Part shown: in pieces, positions 19,209 through 31,201 of the stretch
How the letters are laid out: each line of letters begins with the position of its first letter
Position numbering within the stretch: position 1 is the first letter of the stretch
From: Candidatus Limnocylindrales bacterium
Lineage (GTDB): Bacteria > Chloroflexota > Limnocylindria > Limnocylindrales > CSP1-4
DNA length: 64,000 nt
Direction of reading: 5' to 3'
Assembly (NCBI GenBank): GCA_049514315.1
Contig: JBEKVD010000005.1
Location: forward strand, 66,580-130,579
Translations under genes and position numbers: made by a program
Notes under the pieces: model-generated
What the model was told of the DNA's origin: nothing
The model's database searches: none
What the model saw: only the letters and a program-made list of their open reading frames with translations

Positions 19209-20223
19209 CGTTCCGGCGAACGTCCCCGCACCCAACCGCGCCGGTCTCCTCATCGGCAGGCTGGCTCGCTCTCGTGAGGCAACGCTCGCCGGCGTCGTGA
19301 TCGTGCTGGGAATGCTCGTCTGGCTCGAGGCACCCAACTTCCTCTCATCGACCAACCTGGTCTCGGTCACATCGCTTACGGCGATCATCGCCATCGCCGC
19401 CGTCGGCGAGGCCCTCGTCATCATCACCAAGAACATCGACCTCTCCGTCGAGTCGACGATGGGTCTCGTCGCGTTCGTGGTCGCCGAGGCGCTGAAGGGC
19501 CAGAATCTCCCGGTTCCGGCGGCCTGGGCCCTTGGGATCGGGCTCGGCCTCGCGTTGGGCATGACCAACGGCGTCGTCATAACGATCTTCCGGGTGCCGT
19601 CGATCGTCGCCACGCTCGGAACGCTGAGCATCTATCGCGGGCTGACCTACTGGGTGGCGAATGGCCAGGAGATCACCATCTCAGACCTCCCGGCCGGGTA
19701 CACGGATCCGGCCAGCCAGACCTTCTTCGGCGTCCCGCTCTTCGTGATCCTGGCCATTGCCGTAGTCATCGTGGCGGGCCTTGTTCTTCGCTACACCGTC
19801 TTCGGTCGCCAGGTCTACGCCGTCGGCAGCAACGCGGAGGCCGCGGCGACCATCGGCGTGCGCGCTCGATCGACCGTCTTCGTGGTGTTTGCGCTGAGCG
19901 GGATGCTCGCCGGCGTCGCCGGCGTGTTGTGGGGGATCGAATTCGGGCAGCTCTACGCGTCGTCGGCGAGCGGCGAGTCGCTGGCGGTTATCGCCGCGGT
20001 GGTCGTCGGCGGGGTGTCGATCGCAGGCGGCTCCGGGACCGTCGTAGGTGCAGCCATCGGCGCACTTTTCCTGGGCCTGATCAACAACGCGCTCGTCGTG
20101 CTGAATCTTCCGCAGGAGTGGCTCCAGGTGATCTACGGCGCAGTGATCCTGCTCGCGGTGGCCACGGATGCGCTCGTCCAGGTGCGAGCACAGCGCGCAA
20201 AGGCGCGGAGCCGAATGCGATGA
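19198..20223 (+). CDS. rhaP: sugar ABC transporter permease (RbsC/RhaP-like)
   Basis: It is a polytopic membrane protein of the BPD_transp_2 type. GTG 19198 overlaps the end of the ATPase gene. Confidence 0.85.
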   Translation: MALSVPANVPAPNRAGLLIGRLARSREATLAGVVIVLGMLVWLEAPNFLSSTNLVSVTSLTAIIAIAAVGEALVIITKNIDLSVESTMGLVAFVVAEALKGQNLPVPAAWALGIGLGLALGMTNGVVITIFRVPSIVATLGTLSIYRGLTYWVANGQEITISDLPAGYTDPASQTFFGVPLFVILAIAVVIVAGLVLRYTVFGRQVYAVGSNAEAAATIGVRARSTVFVVFALSGMLAGVAGVLWGIEFGQLYASSASGESLAVIAAVVVGGVSIAGGSGTVVGAAIGALFLGLINNALVVLNLPQEWLQVIYGAVILLAVATDALVQVRAQRAKARSRMR

Positions 20224-21341
20224 CGGGAGATCCACGCTCCGCCGGCGAGCAAGACGCACCCCACGTGATCGCCGAGCCGTCGGTCGCTGCCGGAGGCCGG
20301 TCGGGCAGCCCCATGAGCCGCCTGCTCGGGTTTCTGTCTGGGGCCGCCCGCCTGGAAGTGTTCCTCCTCGTCATCCTGGCCGTCCTGATCTGGTGGGGCG
20401 CCCAGCTGTCGCGCTTCTTCCTTACCGGTCCCAACTTCGGGTTCTCGGCGCAGGCGGTCATGGAGATCTCGATCATGGCCCTGGCCATGACCCCGATCAT
20501 CATCACCGGCGAGATCGATCTTTCCGTCGAGTCGATGGTGGGCCTGTCGAGCTGCGTCCTGGGCTGGCTTTGGGCTTCGGGGGTCCCGCTCGACGTTGAC
20601 ATCCCGATCGTGCTGATGGTCGGCGTCGTGGGCGGCCTCTTCAACGGCCTGGTCGTCACCCGGTGGGGCCTGCCATCGCTCGTCGTGACCCTCGCGACGT
20701 ACGCCCTGTTTCGCGGGCTCGGCCACGTCGTCCTCGGCTCGACCGTCGTCAGTAACTTCCCGTCCAGCTTCACCTCATTCGGATTTGGCTACGTGCCGGG
20801 CACGTTCGTCCCGTGGACTCTTCTCGTGTTCTTGCTTCTGGCCCTGGTCGCCGTCGCCGTCGTCCACTGGACCTGGATCGGACGCCAGGTGTTCGCCGTC
20901 GGCAAGAACAAGGATGCGGCACGCTACTCCGGCGTGCGGGTCGGAGCTCTAAAGACGGCTCTGTTCGCCGTCTCGGGTCTGGTGGCGGCGTTTTCAGGCA
21001 TCATTCTCACGTCGCGAACCTCGACCGCCAGCCCGGACAACGGACTGAACATGACGCTGGCGGTCGTCACGATCGTGGTCCTCGGTGGGGTGGACATCAA
21101 CGGCGGCAAGGGCACCGTCCCGGGAGTGATCCTCGCCGTCTTCATTCTCGCAACATTGAAGAGCGGCCTGACCCAGGCTGGCATCTCGACCGACTACCAG
21201 AACGTGGCCATCGGGCTGCTTCTGATCGTTTCCGTGATAACTCCTCTACTCGCTCGCCAGGCTCGGAGGCTGGTCGGCCGAATTCGTCTCGGGCGAAATC
21301 GGCCGGCTCGCGAACCGGCGCCCGGCGAGGTCGTTCATTAG
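20220..21341 (+). CDS. rhaQ: sugar ABC transporter permease (RbsC/RhaQ-like)
   Basis: ATG 20220 overlaps the rhaP stop (ATGA). It has GEIDLSVESM and polytopic TM segments. Confidence 0.85.
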   Translation: MTGDPRSAGEQDAPHVIAEPSVAAGGRSGSPMSRLLGFLSGAARLEVFLLVILAVLIWWGAQLSRFFLTGPNFGFSAQAVMEISIMALAMTPIIITGEIDLSVESMVGLSSCVLGWLWASGVPLDVDIPIVLMVGVVGGLFNGLVVTRWGLPSLVVTLATYALFRGLGHVVLGSTVVSNFPSSFTSFGFGYVPGTFVPWTLLVFLLLALVAVAVVHWTWIGRQVFAVGKNKDAARYSGVRVGALKTALFAVSGLVAAFSGIILTSRTSTASPDNGLNMTLAVVTIVVLGGVDINGGKGTVPGVILAVFILATLKSGLTQAGISTDYQNVAIGLLLIVSVITPLLARQARRLVGRIRLGRNRPAREPAPGEVVH

Positions 21342-21423
21342 TGCTGAAGGGAGGAATCGCTCGACCCAAGAAGCCCAAGTGAGCAGTTCAACGTTCCACA
21401 ACGTTCAAAGGAGGAGTCAGTCA

Positions 21424-22476
21424 ATGTTCCATCGCTTGCCGCGAGCGGCCGCCGGAATGGCCCTCGTACTCGTACTGGCAGGTTGTAGCTCGTCGGCCAC
21501 TCCGACGCCGCCTCCCGCTCCGACGACCACAGCCATGTCGGGCAGCGTCGTCATGATCCCGAAGCAGATCAACAACCCATACTTCGACGTCGCCTTCAAG
21601 GGCGCCCAGAGCGCGGCGACTGCTCTCGGCGGGACCCTGACCCAGGTTGGGCCGAGCGCCGCTGACGCAACCCAGCAGATCCCGTTCATCCAGACGGCGA
21701 CCACCCAGGGCGCGAAGGCGATCATCGTCTCCGCGGACGATGCGAACGCGATCGCACCGGCCCTCAAGGCGGCGATGGCCGCCGGCATCAAGGTCGTCGG
21801 CTATGACTCGAGTCCTGCCGTCGGTGCGTACAACGTGTTCGTGAACCAGGCGGACACGAACGGCATCGGCAAGGGCCTCGCCGACATGGCTTGCGACGAA
21901 GCTCCGAGCTGCACCGGCGAAATCGCAGTTCTCTCGGCGGCCCAGACCGCGACGAATCAGAACGCCTGGATCGCCGCGATGCAGACCACGCTGAAGGGCT
22001 CCAAGTACGCCAACCTGGTGTGGGACGGCGTCTACTACGGCAATGACGACCCGACGATCAGCACGCAGCAGACCCAGGCGATGCTGGCGGCCCACCCGAA
22101 CCTCAAGGTCATCGTCGCCCCGACCACCGTCGGTATCGTCGCCGCGGCACAGGTCGTCACGTCCCAGAATTTGATCGGCAAGGTCTTCGTGACGGGCCTC
22201 GGCACGCCGATGGGGATGCAGGCTTTCGTCAAGTCCGGCGTCTCGCCGGAGTTCGCTCTCTGGAACGTAACCGACCTCGGCTACCTCGCCTACGCGGTGG
22301 CCGTGGACCTGGTTACCGGACAGATCAAGGGCAACCCGGGCGATACCTTCACGGTTCCGTCCCTCAACGGCGGCGCGCCGTACACGATCGGCACGGATAG
22401 CGTCGTCGTCCTCGGGCCTCCGTTCGTCTTCAACAAGGACAACATCGACCAGTACGTCGCTTCCTTCGGGTTCTAG
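21424..22476 (+). CDS. rhaS: sugar (rhamnose-type) ABC substrate-binding lipoprotein, RbsB-like fold
   Basis: The signal/lipobox MFHRLPRAAAGMALVLVLAGCSS is present, it belongs to the periplasmic binding protein family, and its position in the rha cluster fits. Confidence 0.85.
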   Translation: MFHRLPRAAAGMALVLVLAGCSSSATPTPPPAPTTTAMSGSVVMIPKQINNPYFDVAFKGAQSAATALGGTLTQVGPSAADATQQIPFIQTATTQGAKAIIVSADDANAIAPALKAAMAAGIKVVGYDSSPAVGAYNVFVNQADTNGIGKGLADMACDEAPSCTGEIAVLSAAQTATNQNAWIAAMQTTLKGSKYANLVWDGVYYGNDDPTISTQQTQAMLAAHPNLKVIVAPTTVGIVAAAQVVTSQNLIGKVFVTGLGTPMGMQAFVKSGVSPEFALWNVTDLGYLAYAVAVDLVTGQIKGNPGDTFTVPSLNGGAPYTIGTDSVVVLGPPFVFNKDNIDQYVASFGF

Positions 22477-22496
22477 CGACACAATCCGGCCACATT

Positions 22497-22538
22497 CGCC
22501 GACCCCGGCCCGGCAATTGCCCGGCGCCGGGGTCGGCG
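22497..22538 (+). other. intercistronic GC-rich stem-loop (perfect 12-bp outer stem) without a U-tract
   Basis: cgccgaccccgg (22497-22508) is the exact reverse complement of ccggggtcggcg (22527-22538), and the 18-nt loop has an inner imperfect hairpin. It lies between the SBP gene and rhaM. Confidence 0.5.
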
Positions 22539-22554
22539 CCTACGAAGGCACAGA

Positions 22555-22869
22555 ATGGAACGGGTAGCATTCACGATGAAGCTGCTGCCCGGAGCAGAGG
22601 CCGAGTACCGCCGGCGCCATGCCGCGGTCTGGCCCGAGATGCTCGAGGCGCTGAAGGCGGCGGGCGCTCGGAACTACTCCATCTACCTGAGCGGCGATGA
22701 TCTCTTCGGCGTGCTCGAGGTCGACGACTTCGCGCACTTCAGGACGACGATGGATCGGGCCCCGGTTAACGCCCGCTGGCAGGCGGAGATGACATCTCTG
22801 ATCGATCCCTGCATCGATCCCGCAACCGGCTTCCATCGCCGCCTGGACGAAGTGTTTCATCTCGACTAG
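22555..22869 (+). CDS. rhaM: L-rhamnose mutarotase
   Basis: It is 104 aa, and [44 protein letters not shown] matches the RhaM family pattern. Confidence 0.85.
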   Translation: MERVAFTMKLLPGAEAEYRRRHAAVWPEMLEALKAAGARNYSIYLSGDDLFGVLEVDDFAHFRTTMDRAPVNARWQAEMTSLIDPCIDPATGFHRRLDEVFHLD

Positions 22870-22983
22870 GACGACGGAAGCGAGATAAGTCTCTGCCGGC
22901 CGGGGCCGGCAGCCGGCGGGCCTCCAGCCGCGTGCCGTGTGCCGGCGGGCCAGGCGGCGTCCACACCATGAGGTGATCGGCAA

Positions 22984-23808
22984 ATGGCACTCCTGGAACC
23001 ATTCCCGGACCTCGAGGAGATACTCGACTCCATCGGCGCGGGCGGCAGCCGCCTGGCTGCGATCGAAGCCAGCGAAGGAGCCGCCGGCAATATCTCCGTC
23101 TACGTCGGCTGGCCGATCGAGGTGCGCCGGCGCTTCCCGATTGCCGAGGAAATCGCGCTGCCCCTGCCTGCGCCCCACCTCGCCGACGGCATCGTCATCG
23201 TGACCGGCTCCGGTCGGCGGCTTCGCGAGATCCACGTCGACCCTGTTGCCAATCTCGGGGTCGTGCAGATCTCTCCAGACGGCACCTCCGGGACGCTCCA
23301 CACCGCGCCCGGCCGGCTCTTCGATAGCGTCACCTCGGAGTGGAACTCGCACCTCGCGGTCCACGACGACACGGTCGAGCGCACCGGCACGAACTTCCAC
23401 GCGGTCGTCCACGCCCAGCCACCGCACCTCACCTTCCTGAGCCAGATCCCGGACTACCGAAACGAGGACTTCCTCAACCGGCGGCTCCTGCGGTGGGAGC
23501 CGGAGACGATCATCAACCTCCCAGCCGGAATCGGCGCTCTGCAGTTCATGCTGCCGGGCTCCGATGCGCTCATGGAAGCGAACGTGGAGAGTCTCCGAGC
23601 ACACCGCATCGTCGTGTGGGCGAAACATGGTGTCATGGCACGCTCGGACATCTCCGTCAAACGGGCCGTGGACAGAATCGAGTACGCGGAGACGGCAGCC
23701 AGGTACGAGTACATGGACATGATGCTGGGCGGGCGGGCCGAAGGCCTGACGCTCGATGAGATCCGCGCTGTCGTGGCCGCCTTCGGCGTGAAGACAAACC
23801 TGGTGTGA
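22984..23808 (+). CDS. rhaD: rhamnulose-1-phosphate aldolase (class II aldolase/adducin fold)
   Basis: It is 274 aa. IVTGSGRRLREIHVDPVANLGVVQISPDG, TSEWNSHLAVH, HAQPPHL and VWAKHGVMA are colinear with E. coli RhaD blocks. Confidence 0.85.
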   Translation: MALLEPFPDLEEILDSIGAGGSRLAAIEASEGAAGNISVYVGWPIEVRRRFPIAEEIALPLPAPHLADGIVIVTGSGRRLREIHVDPVANLGVVQISPDGTSGTLHTAPGRLFDSVTSEWNSHLAVHDDTVERTGTNFHAVVHAQPPHLTFLSQIPDYRNEDFLNRRLLRWEPETIINLPAGIGALQFMLPGSDALMEANVESLRAHRIVVWAKHGVMARSDISVKRAVDRIEYAETAARYEYMDMMLGGRAEGLTLDEIRAVVAAFGVKTNLV

Positions 23809-23939
23809 ACCTGGCCTCGCGACCAGACGGGAGCTGCGCCGACCTCCGCCGCGCGGTGGTTCTCCGGATGCGGCGCATTGCCGCCGGATCGGACGATCCC
23901 CGTCGTGCCTCGCGCCCCGTGGCCCGTTCCCGCGGTGGG

Positions 23940-24944
23940 CTACGCCCGTTCCATCTTCAGGACCGCCGCGCCTCGGATTTCGCCGGCGGCCAGTAGCCGA
24001 AGGGCTTCGTTGCCTGCTTCGAGCGGAAAGAGATCGGTCGACGTCCGGATTGGGATCGCCGCTGCCAGCGTCATGAACTCGGCGGCGTCGCGGCGGGTGA
24101 CGTTGGCGACGCTGCGGAACCCCCGCTCCCACCACAGCCAGTCGTACGGGAACTCCGGCATGCGGTCGAGGTGGATCGCGTTGACGGCGACGACGCCGCC
24201 GCGGTCGACGGCGCGAAGAGCGGCGAGCACGACGTCGCCCGAAGGGGCCGTGGTGATGGCGGCGTCGAGAGGATGCGGCAGTGGGTCGTCGTACCCGCCG
24301 ACGGACGACGCACCCAGCTCCAGGGCCCGAGCACGCTCCGCTTCCGAACGCGCTCGAACGTGGACTTCGCAGCCCCAGTGGCGCGCCACCTGGATGGACA
24401 GCAGCGCCGACGCGCCGAAGCCGTACAGGCCGAGCCGGCCGCCCGGCTCGATGCCGGAGACTCGCAGGGCTCGATAGCCGATCACGCCGCCACAGAGGAG
24501 GGGAGCGGCGTCGAGGTCGCCGAAGCCTTCGGGGATCCTGACGGCGATGTCCGCCCGGACGACCATCGCCTCGGCGAAGCCTCCGTCGCGATCCCAGCCG
24601 GTGAAGAGGGCCGACTCGCACAGGTTCTCGCGCCCGCTCCGGCAGAAGCGGCACGTTCCGTCCGTGCCGTAGAGCCAGTAAGCCCCGGCTCGATCGCCGA
24701 TCGACCAGCCCGCTGCCCCCTGGCCGATCGCAATCACTCGACCGACGGCCTGGTGGCCCGGCACGATCGGCAGACGCCTGGGCGCCAGGTCGCCTTCGGC
24801 CAGCTGCAGGTCCGTCCGGCAGACGGCGCACGCGCTCAGACGCAGCAGCAGCTCACCGGGCCCGGGCGCTGGCTCAGGCCGCTCGACAAGCCGAAGCGGA
24901 TCGTCGGCGGCACGAGCCGGGCGTTGAAGTTCGAGCGCTCGCAC
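23940..24944 (-). CDS. zinc-dependent alcohol dehydrogenase (MDR family)
   Basis: It has CAVCRTDLQLAEGDL, PIVPGHQAVGRV and CRFCRSGRENLC (structural Zn) motifs. Confidence 0.8.
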   Translation of the reverse strand: MRALELQRPARAADDPLRLVERPEPAPGPGELLLRLSACAVCRTDLQLAEGDLAPRRLPIVPGHQAVGRVIAIGQGAAGWSIGDRAGAYWLYGTDGTCRFCRSGRENLCESALFTGWDRDGGFAEAMVVRADIAVRIPEGFGDLDAAPLLCGGVIGYRALRVSGIEPGGRLGLYGFGASALLSIQVARHWGCEVHVRARSEAERARALELGASSVGGYDDPLPHPLDAAITTAPSGDVVLAALRAVDRGGVVAVNAIHLDRMPEFPYDWLWWERGFRSVANVTRRDAAEFMTLAAAIPIRTSTDLFPLEAGNEALRLLAAGEIRGAAVLKMERA

Positions 24945-25070
24945 GGCCTCAGGTTAGCGCCTGCCCGGCAGCTCGGGGATTGCTCGATGCCGCCCTATCG
25001 ACCCGCACGGGGTCGAAGTCCGGCGTCCCGTGGCATTCTGATCTGAGAACGCGGAGCGACAGGAGGCTCA

Positions 25071-26000
25071 ATGGGCTGGAAGGCGAGCGATATTCCGGAT
25101 CTAACCGGAAAGGTGGCGGTCGTGACCGGAGGCAACGGGGGGCTGGGCCTGGAGACCGCGCGCCAGCTCGCGGCTCACGGCGCCCTGGTGGTCATCGGCG
25201 CCCGAAACCTGGACAAGGCCGAGGCCGCCCGCGAGCAGATCGCGGCCATGGTTCCCGCGGCATCGCTCGAGATCCGGAAGCTCGACCTCGGCTCGCTGGC
25301 ATCGATCGCCGAGTTCGCTGGCTCTGTCAAGGAGACGCACCCGAAGGTCGATCTCCTGTTCAACAACGCCGCGGTCATGGCCGTCAGGGAGGGCACCACC
25401 GCCGACGGCTTCGAAACCCAGTTCGGGACCAACCACCTGGGCCACTTCGCCCTGACCATGCACCTGCTGCCCGCGCTCCTGGCGGCGCCGTCGCCCCGAG
25501 TCGTGAGCACTACCTCCATCTACCGGAACCGGGCCGGCAGGTACGACCTTTCGAACCCGCATATGCGAGGTTGCTACGACCCCTGGGTCGCCTACGGCAT
25601 GTCGAAGCGGGCGGAGCTCCAGTTCGCCTTCGAGCTGAACCGGTGGCTGAGGGACCGGGGCCTGGCCGCGTTTGCTGCCGACCCGGGCTTCTCCAGGACC
25701 GATCTTCAGCCTGCCAGCGTCCGCGCCAACAACGGCTTCCAGCAGCGGCTCTGGCTCGTGTTGGCGCGGCTGATGGGGCAGTCCGCCGCGATGGGGGCCC
25801 TGCCGCAGCTCCGCGCCGGCACCGATCCGGCCGCGGTCGGTGGGACACTCTACGCGCCACGCTGGATCGTCTTCGGTGCGCCGGTCGTGCGCGGGGTCGG
25901 CAGGCGCATCGACGACCCGGCCCAGATGACCCGGGTGTGGGAACTGTCGGAGCGCGAAACCGGCCTGTCGTTGGCTGCGGCGCTGGACCAGCTAACCTGA
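25071..26000 (+). CDS. short-chain dehydrogenase/reductase (SDR)
   Basis: It has the VAVVTGGNGGLGLETA (TGxxxGxG) and NNAAVM motifs. Confidence 0.85.
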   Translation: MGWKASDIPDLTGKVAVVTGGNGGLGLETARQLAAHGALVVIGARNLDKAEAAREQIAAMVPAASLEIRKLDLGSLASIAEFAGSVKETHPKVDLLFNNAAVMAVREGTTADGFETQFGTNHLGHFALTMHLLPALLAAPSPRVVSTTSIYRNRAGRYDLSNPHMRGCYDPWVAYGMSKRAELQFAFELNRWLRDRGLAAFAADPGFSRTDLQPASVRANNGFQQRLWLVLARLMGQSAAMGALPQLRAGTDPAAVGGTLYAPRWIVFGAPVVRGVGRRIDDPAQMTRVWELSERETGLSLAAALDQLT

Positions 26001-26031
26001 CGGCGACTCAGAAGGCCGGAAGAGGTTCGAC

Positions 26032-26205
26032 ATGTCTTTCAGTTCCACCGGCCCGACCTACGTCCTGAACCAGAAGCTGATGTCGCTGAGCGGCGATCTC
26101 TGGATCGACGACTCAAGCGCCCATCGGACTGGCGCGGTCCGGCGCCGGCCGCTCACTATCCGGGCCAGGATCCCTCGATGGCGAGCAGCCGGCGCTTGAT
26201 GGCGA
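26032..26205 (+). pseudogene. truncated remnant of a LURP-one-related (DUF567, tubby-C-like) gene
   Basis: An RBS-like GGAAGAGG precedes the ATG. The first ~27 aa, MSFSSTGPTYVLNQKLMSLSGDLWIDD, match the family N-terminus (..Y.M.QKL.S.GDD.WI.D). Similarity is then lost and the frame runs into the convergent ogt gene. Confidence 0.35.
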
Positions 26206-26716
26206 GGGCTGCCTCGCGGTCGGCGTAGCTCGAACCGCCGTAACCGCCGAGGGCGCCGTTGGCGCCGACGACGCGGTGGCACGGGATCAGTATCGGGACG
26301 GGGTTGCGGCTCATCGCGCCGCCCACGGCCTGCGCCGCGCCGGGTCTGCCGATGCGCCGGGCGAGCTCGCCGTAGCTCGCAGTCTCCCCGTAGTGGAGCC
26401 GCGCCGCGCCCGTGAGCACCAGGCGGTCCCACGACGAGACGCGCAGGTCGATCGGAAGCTCGAAGCCCGTGCGCCGGCCGGCGAAGTACTCGCCGATCTG
26501 GCGCGCCGCTTCGGCCAGGGTCGCGCGCCATGCCTCCGGGACGGAACCGTCCTCCGCCGGGAGCACCGTGCCGCGGATCCGCCGAGCCAGCCCGTCTACG
26601 AAGTCGGGCGTCTCCGCGTCCAGGTCGACGGCCACGATCCCAGGGCTGCTCGCAGCGATGTGCAGCGTTCCCCATGGCGCGGGGCAAGTCGTGAAGGCGG
26701 CAGTCGGAATCGTCAC
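26156..26716 (-). CDS. ogt: methylated-DNA--protein-cysteine methyltransferase
   Basis: It has the active site [21 protein letters not shown]. Confidence 0.85.
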   Translation of the reverse strand: MTIPTAAFTTCPAPWGTLHIAASSPGIVAVDLDAETPDFVDGLARRIRGTVLPAEDGSVPEAWRATLAEAARQIGEYFAGRRTGFELPIDLRVSSWDRLVLTGAARLHYGETASYGELARRIGRPGAAQAVGGAMSRNPVPILIPCHRVVGANGALGGYGGSSYADREAALAIKRRLLAIEGSWPG

Positions 26717-26802
26717 GGCGCCAGTGTGACGCGCCCGGGGGCGCCTGGAAAGCGGGGCGCCAATTGCCGGAGGCCAGGCGGCGGCGTATACTCCCGGGGA
26801 GT

Positions 26803-29139
<2,337 letters not shown>

Positions 29140-29148
29140 CCTCAGGCG

Positions 29149-29655
29149 TCAGATCCAGTACGCGGCGACGACGACCGCGACCAGCGTGAGTGCCGCGCCG
29201 CCCAGTGCCGACCGTAATCCGGCCGACCTGCCGAAACCGAGCCGGGCCGTGACCTGCCCGAAGAGCAAGCCACCCAGCGCGACGGGGACTGCCAGGCCGG
29301 CCGCCACGACCCCGAGCGGCAGGCTGCGGGCCAGCGGGTGGACCAGCACCTCCTCTCGGGCCACAAGGGAAACGATCATGAACACGTCGGCCGCAATCAG
29401 GAACGCGGCCACGACGCCGAGAACGGCGTCCTCCCTGGTGGCGGTCAGGAAGGTCGGATAGCTGACCACGAAGACGCCCAGGGCGACCACGGCGGGGGTG
29501 AGGATCAACGCGCCGTCGAGCCCGTTCGGGAGGGTCAGGCGGGGCGCCGGTCGGCTGAGCTGGAACGCCACGAGCGAGCCCACCGAGAGCAGGGCGCCGA
29601 CCACGCCGGCTTCGAATCCTCGTCGCAACCAGGGTGGCAGTATTCGGCGGCGCAT
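29149..29655 (-). CDS. hypothetical polytopic membrane protein
   Basis: It has several hydrophobic segments and no recognised family. The start was chosen at MRRRILPPWL (29655); the ORF extends to 29829. Confidence 0.4.
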   Translation of the reverse strand: MRRRILPPWLRRGFEAGVVGALLSVGSLVAFQLSRPAPRLTLPNGLDGALILTPAVVALGVFVVSYPTFLTATREDAVLGVVAAFLIAADVFMIVSLVAREEVLVHPLARSLPLGVVAAGLAVPVALGGLLFGQVTARLGFGRSAGLRSALGGAALTLVAVVVAAYWI

Positions 29656-29869
29656 GACCCTCGAATCGTACTCTCCCCAGCCTGTGCGACCCATCCCGTC
29701 CCGACGCGTTCGCCGATTGCTCCGAGGCGCGACCAGGACACCCCTCGCCACGCGTTCAGCGACTGCTCGGAGACGCCGGAGGAGATGCCCCCTCCGGGGC
29801 ACCCTCCATTTGGCCGATGGCGCTGGCACATGGCCGGACCTGGGGTTGCCTGCCGGCCGCGACCGGCGC

Positions 29870-31135
29870 CTAAGCCTCGAAGCGGCGGAAGACGGCGACT
29901 GCGTTCTGGCCGCCGAAGCCGAAGCCGTTGATGATCGCCGTGTCTACCTTCTTGGCCCGTTTCACGTTCGGAATGTAGTCGAGGTCGCACTCGGGATCGG
30001 GATTCTGCAGGTTCATCGTCGGCGGCATGACACCGTCTCGGATGGCCCCGATCGCGGCCAGGCCGCTCACCACCCCGGCTGCGCCGAGCAGATGGCCGAC
30101 CATCGACTTGGGTGAGCTGATCGCGACCTTGTGGGCGTGGGCCCCGAAGGCGGTCTTGATCGCCCGCGTCTCGGTCATGTCATTGAGAGGGGTGGAAGTT
30201 CCGTGGGCGACGATGTAATCGACCTCGTCGGGGGCTACCCCGGCGTTATGGAGCGCCTTCGTCATCGCCGCCGCTGCGCCGCGGCCGGTGGGCTCGGGGG
30301 CGCTGATGTGGAACGCGTCGGCGGTCATGCCGCCGCCTATGACCTCGCACAGGATGTTCGCGCCGCGGTCCATGGCGTGTTCGGCCGACTCGAGGACCAC
30401 GACTCCCGCACCCTCGCCGAAGACGAAGCCGTCGCGATCGCGATCGAACGGGCGGGAGGCATGAGTCGGGTCGTCGTTCCGCCTCGATAAGGCGCCCATG
30501 TTGCCCAGGGCTGCGAACGCGATCGGCAGGAGCGAGCCCTCAGTTCCGCCGACGAGCGCGATATCGACCTCGCCGTCGCGGATCATTCGCATGCCGTCGA
30601 TGAACGCGTAGACGCTGCTGGCGCAGGCTGCAACCTGCGTGATGACCGGGCCGGTGGTGTGGTACTTCATCGAGATCTGGCAGGCGGCCATCGAGCCCGA
30701 CAGGGCGGGAATCGCGAACGGCGAAACCTGGCCGGGCCCCTTTTCGGCGAGCACCCTGGTGCCTTCGATGACCTGATCCATCCCGCCGCCGCCCGTGTTC
30801 ATGGCAACGGCCACTCGATCGAGAGCATCCTGGTCGTAGGCTTCGAAGTCGATGCCCGCGTCCTCCACGGCCTCGGTCGCGGCGGCCACTGCCAGATGGA
30901 TGAAGCGGCTCATCCGGCGCGCCATCTTGCGGTCCATCGTGACGTTGGGATCGAAGTCCTTGACCTCCGCGGCGATGCGAACGTCAAGCCGGGCGGGGTC
31001 GAATTGCGTTATGGGACCTACCCCGGAGACACCCGCCAGGAGATTCTCCCAGTAGGCTCTGGCAGTGTTGCCGATGGGGGTCACGGCTCCCAGGCCGGTT
31101 ACGACGGCTCGACGGGCCGGATCGATTGTGGGCAA
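29870..31135 (-). CDS. fabF: 3-oxoacyl-[ACP] synthase II (KAS II)
   Basis: It has RRAVVTGLGAVTPIGN, the active-site Cys in AACASS, HGTSTPLND and SPKSMVGHLLGAAG. Confidence 0.9.
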   Translation of the reverse strand: MPTIDPARRAVVTGLGAVTPIGNTARAYWENLLAGVSGVGPITQFDPARLDVRIAAEVKDFDPNVTMDRKMARRMSRFIHLAVAAATEAVEDAGIDFEAYDQDALDRVAVAMNTGGGGMDQVIEGTRVLAEKGPGQVSPFAIPALSGSMAACQISMKYHTTGPVITQVAACASSVYAFIDGMRMIRDGEVDIALVGGTEGSLLPIAFAALGNMGALSRRNDDPTHASRPFDRDRDGFVFGEGAGVVVLESAEHAMDRGANILCEVIGGGMTADAFHISAPEPTGRGAAAAMTKALHNAGVAPDEVDYIVAHGTSTPLNDMTETRAIKTAFGAHAHKVAISSPKSMVGHLLGAAGVVSGLAAIGAIRDGVMPPTMNLQNPDPECDLDYIPNVKRAKKVDTAIINGFGFGGQNAVAVFRRFEA

Positions 31136-31201
31136 GGGCCATCTCCTCGGACGTTTGTCAAGCGGAGGCGACCACCGCTGGCGGCGCCCAGCTCATCTGG
31201 C

